Shown: positions 1 through 7,137 of the stretch, piece by piece
Layout of the letters: each line of letters begins with the position of its first letter
How positions within the stretch are numbered: the first letter of the stretch is position 1
Notes under the pieces: model-generated
Database searches by the model: none
The model's input: the letters and a program-made list of their open reading frames with translations, nothing else
What the model was told of the DNA's origin: nothing
NCBI GenBank assembly: GCA_034530875.2
Contig: JAVRCJ020000078.1
Span: forward strand, 1-12,231
DNA length: 12,231 bases
Direction of reading: 5' to 3'
DNA from: Nostoc sp. DedSLP01
GTDB taxonomy: Bacteria; Cyanobacteriota; Cyanobacteriia; Cyanobacteriales; Nostocaceae
Program-made: the position numbers and the translations under genes

Positions 1-58
1 AGTTGGCGAAGCGATCCCAGACGTTGGCGCTGGAGCGCTGTTGAATGGTTGCTGTCAT
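1..58 (-). CDS. psbA: Photosystem II D1 protein, 5' end only (continues beyond the left edge)
   Basis: The reverse complement from the ATG at 58 reads MTATIQQRSSANVWDRFAN, then T, which would be the first base of the expected Trp codon. This matches the cyanobacterial D1 N-terminus (MTxTLQQRxSANVWExFCxW). A psbA-like leader (ACTTATAAAACA-ATG) and a promoter lie upstream. Not in the ORF track. Confidence 0.93.
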   Translation of the reverse strand, partial: MTATIQQRSSANVWDRFAN

Positions 59-94
59 TGTTTTATAAGTGCGGTTGAATTGGTATGTATGAAT

Positions 95-115
95 CAGGCG
101 CTTTGTTTTTGCCTG
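95..115 (-). promoter_or_regulatory. Stem-loop near the 5' end of the psbA leader
   Basis: Minus strand CAGGC-AAAAACAAAGC-GCCTG forms a 5-bp GC-rich stem just downstream of the inferred start site (~116). A role in mRNA stability is inference. Confidence 0.45.
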
Positions 116-122
116 TGAATCT

Positions 123-152
123 AATTTACACTGCTTTACAAAAGTTAATCAA
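123..152 (-). promoter_or_regulatory. psbA sigma70-type promoter with an overlapping HLR1 (RpaB-type) direct repeat
   Basis: Minus strand TTGATT (152-147), 18-nt spacer, TAAATT (128-123). Plus strand TTTACACT-GC-TTTACAAA (125-142) fits the HLR1 consensus (G/T)TTACA(T/A)(T/A)-N2-(G/T)TTACA(T/A)(T/A) with one mismatch. Confidence 0.7.
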
Positions 153-329
153 GTCTTTTAACTTTTGCAAAACTGGTATAAATCATTAGTTTTGCTTATT
201 TAAGGGTAACTGAAGGGCTGAGAATACCACGCAGGCATATACATGAAAATTTCTAGCTTTATGTTGGTTGTATTGCCTACCGATTTGGGAATAATACCCT
301 TGTAGATTACCGCTATTCCAAAAAATTAA

Positions 330-357
330 CCCTCAGCTTACCACTGAGGGCTTTTTT
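330..357 (+). terminator. Intrinsic terminator, possibly bidirectional
   Basis: CCCTCAG-cttacca-CTGAGGG followed by CTTTTTT. An upstream A-run (320-325) gives an imperfect U-tract on the minus strand. Confidence 0.75.
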
Positions 358-447
358 ATTTGGCAAAATGGCAGATCTACCAAGTAGAGGCTTGCTATCT
401 TATTTCAGTAGGATACATTCCATGCGAAAAAAGTACTGACTTGCATA

Positions 448-473
448 CCCCTGGTTAACTACCAGGGGCTTTT
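448..473 (+). terminator. Intrinsic terminator-like hairpin
   Basis: CCCCTGGT-taact-ACCAGGGG (perfect 8-bp stem) followed by CTTTT. The U-tract is on the plus strand only. It lies about 40 nt past the stop of the minus-strand Rieske gene. Confidence 0.7.
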
Positions 474-510
474 ATTAAAACTTGGTAAAAATTGAACTTG
501 CAAAACCAAT

Positions 511-1464
511 TTACCAGCTACGGTAAAGTTTTTCTGCATAGAACATAATCTCTTCATTCGGTAGCCTAATTTTTGGCTGTTGCCGGGGATACAAACTTTC
601 AACTGCACCTGTATCTTGTTCTATGACGGTAGCGGCTGCTTGTAAAACTGAATTTTTAAAGAACAATTTCATCAAAGGATTGTTTACTTGAGCATACATC
701 AGAATAAAAGTCTTGGTTCTTTTTTCCGTTTCCGGATAGAGAATGTGAACTTGAGCAATATCACCAATAGGTGTTTTAGCAAAGAAAGCTGTAGTGGAAG
801 GAAAAGCGTATTCAAGTGTGTTATTGAGAGTGTGAGGAAAGATTCCCAAAACAGGATTTCTAATGATTTCTCCTAGTGTATTTTTTGCTCTCGTTAAATC
901 TTGTTTTACTGTGGCATAGTATCCTTTTTCTTCAAAAGAACTTACATGACAAGATGTAATTCTAAATAAATCTTTATGAGTACCATTTTGATGATTGTAG
1001 TCGTAGTTAACCATTACGTTACTCAAAAAATCTCCCTGAATACTCTTTTCACCAGTCACTCCCAGGAATTGGTATTCATTGGCGATTCTCTGGTGCAAAT
1101 CTGGAATGGGTAATCTTGGTTCAAATCCTCCATACGTCCAGATACAATCGTCGCTAATAATTAGCTCTAATGGCTTGGTAATTGGCTGAGTGCCTTTTTT
1201 ATCATCCTGATAAAGTCTGCCTTGTCCATCAAATTCCAGTGCATGAAAAGGGCAAGTAATAGTATCTCTTTCTTGACAAATCCAGCCAGATGATAATGGT
1301 GCTTGCATGTGCGGACAGATATTATCAAGAGCAAACACTTCACCTTTTTTGTTTTGCCAAATTACATAATCATGTCCATTTAAAGTGATTTTATGGGGTT
1401 TATTTACTCCTAATATAGATTTGTGCCCTATTAACCAAGGCGCACCAGGTAAAATTGCTTGCAT
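511..1464 (-). CDS. Rieske [2Fe-2S] non-heme iron oxygenase (ring-hydroxylating/demethylase alpha-subunit-like), substrate unknown
   Basis: 317 aa. Rieske ligands CPH...CPFH. Mononuclear iron motif NYDYNHQNGTH plus a distal EQD. RBS GGAGG just upstream of the ATG. Confidence 0.9.
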   Translation of the reverse strand: MQAILPGAPWLIGHKSILGVNKPHKITLNGHDYVIWQNKKGEVFALDNICPHMQAPLSSGWICQERDTITCPFHALEFDGQGRLYQDDKKGTQPITKPLELIISDDCIWTYGGFEPRLPIPDLHQRIANEYQFLGVTGEKSIQGDFLSNVMVNYDYNHQNGTHKDLFRITSCHVSSFEEKGYYATVKQDLTRAKNTLGEIIRNPVLGIFPHTLNNTLEYAFPSTTAFFAKTPIGDIAQVHILYPETEKRTKTFILMYAQVNNPLMKLFFKNSVLQAAATVIEQDTGAVESLYPRQQPKIRLPNEEIMFYAEKLYRSW

Positions 1465-1673
1465 TTTTCCTCCAAAATTTTGAAAAATGATTTATCAACA
1501 AATAATTCACAGTTAAAAATTTTCATTGACGAGCTAGTATCGCCTACACTACGATTGCTCTTTTCAATGCCAATTGGGATAATTAAGGTTTGGTTGGCAT
1601 AGACAAGGTAATACCACTAAGCATTGCTCGGTTAACTTGGGCTAATGCATAGCTGGATTAGACAAAAGATTAA

Positions 1674-1693
1674 TTAACTAATTTTTTAGTTAA
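1674..1693. promoter_or_regulatory. Putative TetR operator 1
   Basis: Perfect palindrome TTAACTAA-TTTT-TTAGTTAA, extending to 17-bp arms with one mismatch (1665-1702). It lies at or just after the inferred start site of the Rieske promoter. Confidence 0.75.
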
Positions 1694-1702
1694 CTAATCT
1701 TT

Positions 1703-1731
1703 AATTTAATAAAGTTCATCTTCTATGTCAA
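1703..1731 (-). promoter_or_regulatory. Sigma70-type promoter driving the Rieske oxygenase gene
   Basis: Minus strand TTGACA (1731-1726), 17-nt spacer, TAAATT (1708-1703). It sits between the two operators. Confidence 0.7.
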
Positions 1732-1734
1732 CTA

Positions 1735-1754
1735 CTAACTAATTTTTTAGTTAA
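1735..1754. promoter_or_regulatory. Putative TetR operator 2
   Basis: CTAACTAA-TTTT-TTAGTTAA, 19/20 identical to operator 1 and offset by 61 bp. It ends 28 nt before the tetR start and overlaps a candidate -10 element (TAAGAT, 1752-1757). Confidence 0.75.
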
Positions 1755-1782
1755 GATATTTTCGTTAAGCTGACGGAGTGCT

Positions 1783-2439
1783 GTGGGTCGTTCAACACAA
1801 TCAAAACTTTCATATAAAAAACCTCGCCAGGTACGGGATGCAGAGGCGACGAAAAAGCAAATTCTCGATGCGGCGGAAGCAGAGTTTGCTAGAAACGGGC
1901 TTAGTGGGGCGCGGACAGAAGCGATCGCCAAAGGTGCAGGTGTCACCACAGCGATGATTTACTACTACTTCCAGAGCAAAGAAGGACTATATCAAGCTGT
2001 GCTGCAACGTCCAGCAGTGGAAATGCACGAAGGGTTTAAACAGCTAAATTTGGATAAGTTACCGCCAGAGGAGGCTTTAAAGCTGCTTGTGAAAGAAGCG
2101 ATCGCCTATGAAGCAGCGCACCCGCACCGAGGAATGCTTTGGTTTCAAGAAGCTAATCAAAACCAGGGAAAATATTTCAAACAGGGAAATTGGCAAGAAA
2201 ATTTTGCCTATCTCATCAAGATTTTAGAACGGGGGATGGCAGAGGGTTGTTTTCGTCAACTCGATCCTTTTCTCACCACCCTGCATATTATTGGTGTTTG
2301 TAATTTATACTTCAACGCTTACGAAAATATCAAGCATACTAGACCGGATTTGGAACTGCTAAGTCCGGAAATGATTGAGCAGCATACCCAAGCGGCAGTT
2401 AATTTTATTTTGGCTGCTGTGGGGCGTACTGAGAATTAA
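1783..2439 (+). CDS. TetR/AcrR family transcriptional regulator
   Basis: 218 aa. N-terminal HTH ILDAAEAEFARNGLSGARTEAIAKGAGVTTAMIYYYFQSKEGLY; C-terminal GMAEGCFRQLDP. GTG start with GGAG at 1775-1778. Divergent from the Rieske gene. Confidence 0.95.
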   Translation: MGRSTQSKLSYKKPRQVRDAEATKKQILDAAEAEFARNGLSGARTEAIAKGAGVTTAMIYYYFQSKEGLYQAVLQRPAVEMHEGFKQLNLDKLPPEEALKLLVKEAIAYEAAHPHRGMLWFQEANQNQGKYFKQGNWQENFAYLIKILERGMAEGCFRQLDPFLTTLHIIGVCNLYFNAYENIKHTRPDLELLSPEMIEQHTQAAVNFILAAVGRTEN

Positions 2440-2468
2440 TAAGTAAAAAGGGACTTGGGATTGAAATT

Positions 2469-5288
2469 TTATAACGAATTCTGCACGGTGGTGGTTGCTT
2501 TCAACTTAGGATAAGCAATGCGCTTGTGATTAAATTGCTGCCAGACATCCACAAATATCTGGGCAATTTTTGACATTTCTTCCCGCGTTAATCCTGAATC
2601 TACTAGCTGATTGTCTTGCCATCTGGCACGCAAAATATTATTTAGCATTGCTAAAGCTTGTTCTGTGGAGACATCTTTTGGCGATCGCTTTTCTTCTGCT
2701 TCAGTAGACTTTGCGCCTACCTTGCTTCCTTTGATGGGTACAGGACGTTTTGCCGAACCTTCAAGCGATCGCAGCGCCGCTTCGCAAGCATCCGCCAACA
2801 TCACAATTCCTGTTTCCCGCGACTGGGGAATCGGCCCGTTATAGCGGAAATCTGCTTCATTTACCGTTAAGCTTGGATCTTCTTGAGCCATTTGCTGGGC
2901 TTGGTGGTAAAAATAAGCAATTAGCATTGTTCCCTGATGTTCTGGAATAAAAGCTTGAATTGCTGTCGGTAAAAGGTGTTTACGCGCCATCACTAACCCT
3001 TCACTTACGTGCTTTTTAATAATTTCTGCACTCTTCCAAGGGTCTTTAATTTCCGTATCGTGTTTATTCGGCCCCCCCATTTGATTTTCAATAAACCCAA
3101 GGGGGTCGTGCATTTTGCCAATATCGTGGTATAATGTTCCAGCCCTAACTAATTCAACATTGCATCCTAGTTCTTTGGCAGCAGCTTCCGCCAGGGTAGC
3201 TACAAACAGCGTATGCTGAAAAGTTCCAGGAGTTTCAGTTGCGAGTCTTTTTAATAAGGGGCGGTTAGGGTTCGCCAACTCTGCTAGGCGGATGGGAGTC
3301 ACTAAATCAAAAAGCCTTTCCAGATAAGGACTCAACCCTAAAGCGATAACACTCCAAACAAAACCCGATGAAGCAAATAGCCCTGCTTCTTGGAGGACAA
3401 TATACCAAGTTGAACCAAATGCTTGGCCGATTAAGGTTTTCACAATCAGGTAAATACCACCTTGAGTTAAAGCGATCGCCACACCCAATAAAGCCAATTC
3501 CTCACGCGATCGCAATCTTTGGGCGATGCAACTACCTAATATTCCTCCTCCTACGCCAGCTAAAAGCGCGGCTTTGCTCATATCCAAGCCGATGGCTAAT
3601 ATCGGCGCCAGCAGTCCGACAACTGTCAATCCTAAAATTGGGCCGTAAAAGCTTCCCAACAATAAACCAAGGGCACTCCAGGTAGTGTAGGGCAATCCCA
3701 TAACGATTACTCCTGGTACGCTTAGAGCCAGCAGTAATACCAAAAAGCGATCGCGTTGGCGCAATTCGCAGTTAATACATCCTTCTACCCAAACAAAAAT
3801 ACCAATGGCGATGGTAATAATACATCCCAGCTTCACTAGTTCCAGCCATTTAATTTCCCGACGAACCAGGCGATAATGCTGCAACACTTCAAAATCCCAT
3901 GCGGTAATCTGCTCTCCTTTTTTGACAATCGTTTCACCATACCGTAAATTCACCATCACAGGTGGCACCCCAGCGGCAACTTTTTGAGCTTTTTGTGCGG
4001 TTTGCTCTTCATCCTGGTGCAGATTTGGCTGGAGTACAGCTAACAACACCTTGCTTGCTAAAGGTTCGGCATGTTCTGGTACAAAAGTCTGAACTTGTAA
4101 ACTCACCGCATCCTGTAAGATATTTTTTGGCAGCCCTTGGGCGATGCCTTGAGTGAGAATTCTCTCTGCACTCTGATGGATTCCTGTTTGTGTATTTTCC
4201 CACTCTATATCTGATAAGTCTAATAACAGAGATTCCTCATAGATTGTTTCTGGGCTAACACTCTCCAACTGTAAAAGTTTAGTAGTAGCAAGTCTGTATT
4301 GCTGCCGTACTTGAGAAATTTGAGCAATTACTGAGGAAAAGCTTGTCTGAGAAATGGTAAGTTGGTAAGCTTCTAATTCTTTGATTGCTTGAGTAAAGTC
4401 AATATTTTGCAGAACATCAACAGGTTGTGTCTCATCTGACTCCAGCTCCGTAGTTTGAAAATCAGATTTAAATTTAGATGGTGTAGTGCTTAGTTCGCGT
4501 ATTTGATTGGGTGCAGCTATGAATGAAGGACGGAATGAGGTGGTGGTTCGTTCTATTGTTTTTTGGTACTTGTTGCGATGGTTTTCTAAAGCTACTAGCA
4601 CCGCTTGCCATTCGGAGTCAGAGCAAGAACGGAGATAACGTTGGCTAGATTTAGATAAAACTACAGTATCAAAAAAAGGAAAAGCTCCGGCAATGGCACG
4701 AATTTCGTTGCCATCATCTAGAAGTTGTTGTAAATTTTCATTAATTTGTTGATTGATTTCTGGATCGATCGCTAGCACTGGTACAAAACCTTGACTCGCG
4801 GCTTTGCGTTCGGTCTCTGTTTTTTTCTTATCTTCAATGCTGTCTGTATAAGGTGCCCTGATTGTCTGGGGTGCGGGATTGCCTATTTTTAGTTGAGTTT
4901 GATTATATAACTTATTACCAATAACACCTGTCAGGGAAACTATGGCGATCGCCAAAATCACAAAGGAACGCTGTTCGTGCAGCCAATTACAACCAACTCC
5001 ATAAATATTACTGTTTGTGTTGGCTGAATTTGCCATTGACTTTAGCGCTCTTTCTTGTTTTCGGCGATGCCTATGGCTGGCTACGCCTACGCTTTTGTCA
5101 TTGGTTTTTGAGAAAAACAATATTATATTTCTAAGGATAGTTTTAAGAAATTGCTTTCTATGATTTGAGTCTTTAGGACTTTTAATTCTCCCAAGTAACT
5201 TTCCCTTACGACGTAGTAATATGTACCATCGCCGCCAGTAAGACAATTGCTGGGTGAAGAACTGCAAAAATTGCTCGGTCGTTTTCAT
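2469..5288 (-). CDS. 7TM-HD (HDIG) membrane metal-dependent phosphohydrolase, PgpH-like (candidate c-di-AMP phosphodiesterase)
   Basis: One N-terminal TM segment, a large extracytoplasmic region, a multi-TM block, then HD-domain motifs PGTFQHT, LYHDIGKM, KHVSEG, EHQGT and MLADACEAA. The ATG at 5288 is preferred over the track's TTG at 5303. Substrate is inferred from domain architecture only. Confidence 0.88.
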   Translation of the reverse strand: MKTTEQFLQFFTQQLSYWRRWYILLRRKGKLLGRIKSPKDSNHRKQFLKTILRNIILFFSKTNDKSVGVASHRHRRKQERALKSMANSANTNSNIYGVGCNWLHEQRSFVILAIAIVSLTGVIGNKLYNQTQLKIGNPAPQTIRAPYTDSIEDKKKTETERKAASQGFVPVLAIDPEINQQINENLQQLLDDGNEIRAIAGAFPFFDTVVLSKSSQRYLRSCSDSEWQAVLVALENHRNKYQKTIERTTTSFRPSFIAAPNQIRELSTTPSKFKSDFQTTELESDETQPVDVLQNIDFTQAIKELEAYQLTISQTSFSSVIAQISQVRQQYRLATTKLLQLESVSPETIYEESLLLDLSDIEWENTQTGIHQSAERILTQGIAQGLPKNILQDAVSLQVQTFVPEHAEPLASKVLLAVLQPNLHQDEEQTAQKAQKVAAGVPPVMVNLRYGETIVKKGEQITAWDFEVLQHYRLVRREIKWLELVKLGCIITIAIGIFVWVEGCINCELRQRDRFLVLLLALSVPGVIVMGLPYTTWSALGLLLGSFYGPILGLTVVGLLAPILAIGLDMSKAALLAGVGGGILGSCIAQRLRSREELALLGVAIALTQGGIYLIVKTLIGQAFGSTWYIVLQEAGLFASSGFVWSVIALGLSPYLERLFDLVTPIRLAELANPNRPLLKRLATETPGTFQHTLFVATLAEAAAKELGCNVELVRAGTLYHDIGKMHDPLGFIENQMGGPNKHDTEIKDPWKSAEIIKKHVSEGLVMARKHLLPTAIQAFIPEHQGTMLIAYFYHQAQQMAQEDPSLTVNEADFRYNGPIPQSRETGIVMLADACEAALRSLEGSAKRPVPIKGSKVGAKSTEAEEKRSPKDVSTEQALAMLNNILRARWQDNQLVDSGLTREEMSKIAQIFVDVWQQFNHKRIAYPKLKATTTVQNSL
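2681..2772. other. 84-bp in-frame segment bounded by two HIP1 sites inside the HD domain
   Basis: GCGATCGC at 2681-2688 and 2765-2772, exactly 28 codons apart. The segment encodes a charged loop (EGSAKRPVPIKGSKVGAKSTEAEEKRSP) between AALRSL and KDVSTEQAL. Confidence 0.6.
5064..5092. mobile_element. SDR5-like 21-nt small dispersed repeat inserted in a HIP1 site
   Basis: GCGAT[GCCTATGGCTGGCTACGCCTA]CGC. Removing the 21 nt at 5069-5089 restores a perfect GCGATCGC and keeps the frame (KS-VGVASHRH-RR becomes KS-D-RR). Confidence 0.8.
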
Positions 5289-5638
5289 TATCTCTGCCTG
5301 CAATTGCTGACTTTGATAAGCGAATGAACATTGTTTTTTCCAGGATGCTTTCCTTGTAGTAACATCAAGTCCAGGTAATTATTTAATTATTAGAATCTGT
5401 GAGCGTTAGTCCTAATGATAAATCTTCAACCGGACATAATAACAAAAAGGGCTTGAACCCTAGTTTTATGCAACTTGAATGTTCATTAGCTTAGCTCGAA
5501 AAAATCATCAGGTAAGCCCAATCTACTGCTGCATAAGTAACCTACACAATCAAGTTGAGGGTTTACTGAAAACATTAGTATAGGATACTGCTAGCCTTGG
5601 CAGTTTGGCATCCGCACTGCGATTTGCTGAAAATATTA

Positions 5639-6580
5639 TTAACGCGACCGAATAACGCGAGGAGCAGCGTAAACTGAAAGCAAGGCTACCCTGGAGCTGG
5701 CAGATTCTTCTTGTGTTGAATTGCTTGGCTGTAGGCCAACGGGATCGTACAATCCCGACCACACAGCCACAAGTGCATCAGATAATTCTAAAATTCGGTC
5801 AAAGCTTATCGCTTCCGAGGCTGAAGTATTCCGCTGTGAAAACCAGACTCGCCAATGTAAAGGAATTCCGGCTGTAGTGTTATATGCGCCTGATAAAGCA
5901 CCAGCGATCGCGCCTGTAGATTGTATGCTGGTACGGGTAGAAGGTTGCAGTTTGACATCACCATTGTGAGTAGCCCGTAAAACAGCAAGGCGAAAGTCTT
6001 CCGACGTACTCAAAAAGCAGTAAAATGCTATTGCAATTGCATTACTTAGCTTTTCTTTGCTAGCAAACTCGCCCTGCACCCTTTCTAATCCAGCCCCTTG
6101 TTCTAATAAATTCTGAATTCTTAATAACTTTTGCGGTATTGATGCCGATGTCTCTGGGAGAAAGGAAATTATTTGGGGAATTAGGGTTAGGGGGTTGAGT
6201 TTCTCAGTCAAGGCTAAAGCGATGGCATATCCTACTGCAAGGGTTCCATCCCGCACTACTGGGTCATCATCCCAGATTTTTAGAATATCTAGCAAGTTTT
6301 GCCGTAGCTTAATTGGATTTTCGTGAAAAAAAAGTGTCACTGGTAGGATAGCAAGAATTACGTCAGCTGCGGCTAAATGAAGAGAGGCTTTTTTCTGACG
6401 CGCTATCCAATCATCTAAATCTAATCTACCCAAGTCGATCAAACTCTCGCTGCCCAGAATTGCCATTGTGCCAAAATCGGGGTAATTCTGAGGCTGTATT
6501 TTGCTATCAGAGGTTAAACTGTCTCCCAGGAATGCTCCCGCTAAAGTACCTCTAAACCTACTTATAAGAGAGTAACGCAT
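5639..6580 (-). CDS. ADP-ribosylglycohydrolase (DraG/ARH) family protein with degenerate catalytic motifs
   Basis: 313 aa. RFRGTLAGAFLGDSL at the N-terminus and TGAIAGALSGAY...GIPLHW near the C-terminus are family scaffold motifs. The canonical TDD and DxDT acidic motifs are absent. Confidence 0.8.
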   Translation of the reverse strand: MRYSLISRFRGTLAGAFLGDSLTSDSKIQPQNYPDFGTMAILGSESLIDLGRLDLDDWIARQKKASLHLAAADVILAILPVTLFFHENPIKLRQNLLDILKIWDDDPVVRDGTLAVGYAIALALTEKLNPLTLIPQIISFLPETSASIPQKLLRIQNLLEQGAGLERVQGEFASKEKLSNAIAIAFYCFLSTSEDFRLAVLRATHNGDVKLQPSTRTSIQSTGAIAGALSGAYNTTAGIPLHWRVWFSQRNTSASEAISFDRILELSDALVAVWSGLYDPVGLQPSNSTQEESASSRVALLSVYAAPRVIRSR

Positions 6581-6589
6581 GAATTATAG

Positions 6590-6677
6590 AGTGAAAAGTG
6601 AAAAGTGAGGAGTGAGGAATTAATTATAAAAATTTCTAATTCCTGACTTTACCATTAATTCTTAACTCCTAACTCTT
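6590..6677. repeat. STRR-type heptamer repeats
   Basis: AGTGAAA-AGTGAAA-AGTGAGG-AGTGAGG (6590-6617) and AATTCTT-AACTCCT-AACTCTT (6657-6677). The second run overlaps the last codons and stop of aroQ. Confidence 0.65.
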
Positions 6678-7126
6678 AAATAATTTACTAACGCTTGTAA
6701 TCCCAACAAGTAACTTTGAGAGCCAAAACCACTGATTTGACCGATAGCTACTGGAGCGATGTACGAATGATGGCGGAAATCTTCGCGACGGTAAATATTA
6801 CTTAGATGTACTTCTACGGTAGGTAAGTTAACGGCAGCGATCGCATCTCTTAACGCCACACTTGTGTGGGTATACGCACCTGCATTAATCAAAATTCCTT
6901 GATATTGCCCTAATGCTTCATGGATAGCATCCACCAAAGCTCCTTCATGATTTGACTGCAAGGGAAAAACTTTCGCCTGTAATTTCAATGCTTCTTCTTG
7001 TAACAAGCGGTTTATTTCTGCTAATGTCAACGAGCCATAAATTCCTGGTTCTCGCTGTCCTAGCAAATTCAAGTTTGGCCCGTGCAGTGCCAGAATGCTT
7101 AAGGATTCCAGTGTCGAATTTACCAC
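6662..7126 (-). CDS. aroQ: Type II 3-dehydroquinate dehydratase
   Basis: 154 aa with signature motifs [39 protein letters not shown] and [17 protein letters not shown]. Confidence 0.97.
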   Translation of the reverse strand: MVNSTLESLSILALHGPNLNLLGQREPGIYGSLTLAEINRLLQEEALKLQAKVFPLQSNHEGALVDAIHEALGQYQGILINAGAYTHTSVALRDAIAAVNLPTVEVHLSNIYRREDFRHHSYIAPVAIGQISGFGSQSYLLGLQALVNYLRVRS

Positions 7127-7137
7127 TTTCGGGGCTA

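Noticed and set aside
203..240. TPP riboswitch suggested by GGGCTGAGA
   Set aside because: The downstream conserved core (CCTGA...GGGA) is missing and no thiamine gene follows.
688..876. 62-aa plus-strand ORF
   Set aside because: Antisense shadow inside the Rieske gene with no recognisable motifs.
1..1464. Rieske gene and psbA as one operon (low-oxygen D1' cluster)
   Set aside because: They are separated by ~450 bp containing two hairpins, psbA has its own promoter, and no acsF, ho2 or hemN genes are visible in the window.
1728..1949. 73-aa minus-strand ORF
   Set aside because: Antisense to tetR and runs through an operator; shadow ORF.
2611..4203. Several 64-105-aa ORFs inside the 7TM-HD gene
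   Set aside because: All overlap a well-supported CDS, antisense or out of frame, and have no independent coding signals.
5323..5487. 10-bp inverted repeat AATGAACATT...AATGTTCATT as possible MITE ends
   Set aside because: Short, AT-rich, with no evident target duplication; compatible with chance.
5550..5988. Short ORFs overlapping the ARH-family gene
   Set aside because: Alternative-frame or antisense shadows with no motifs.
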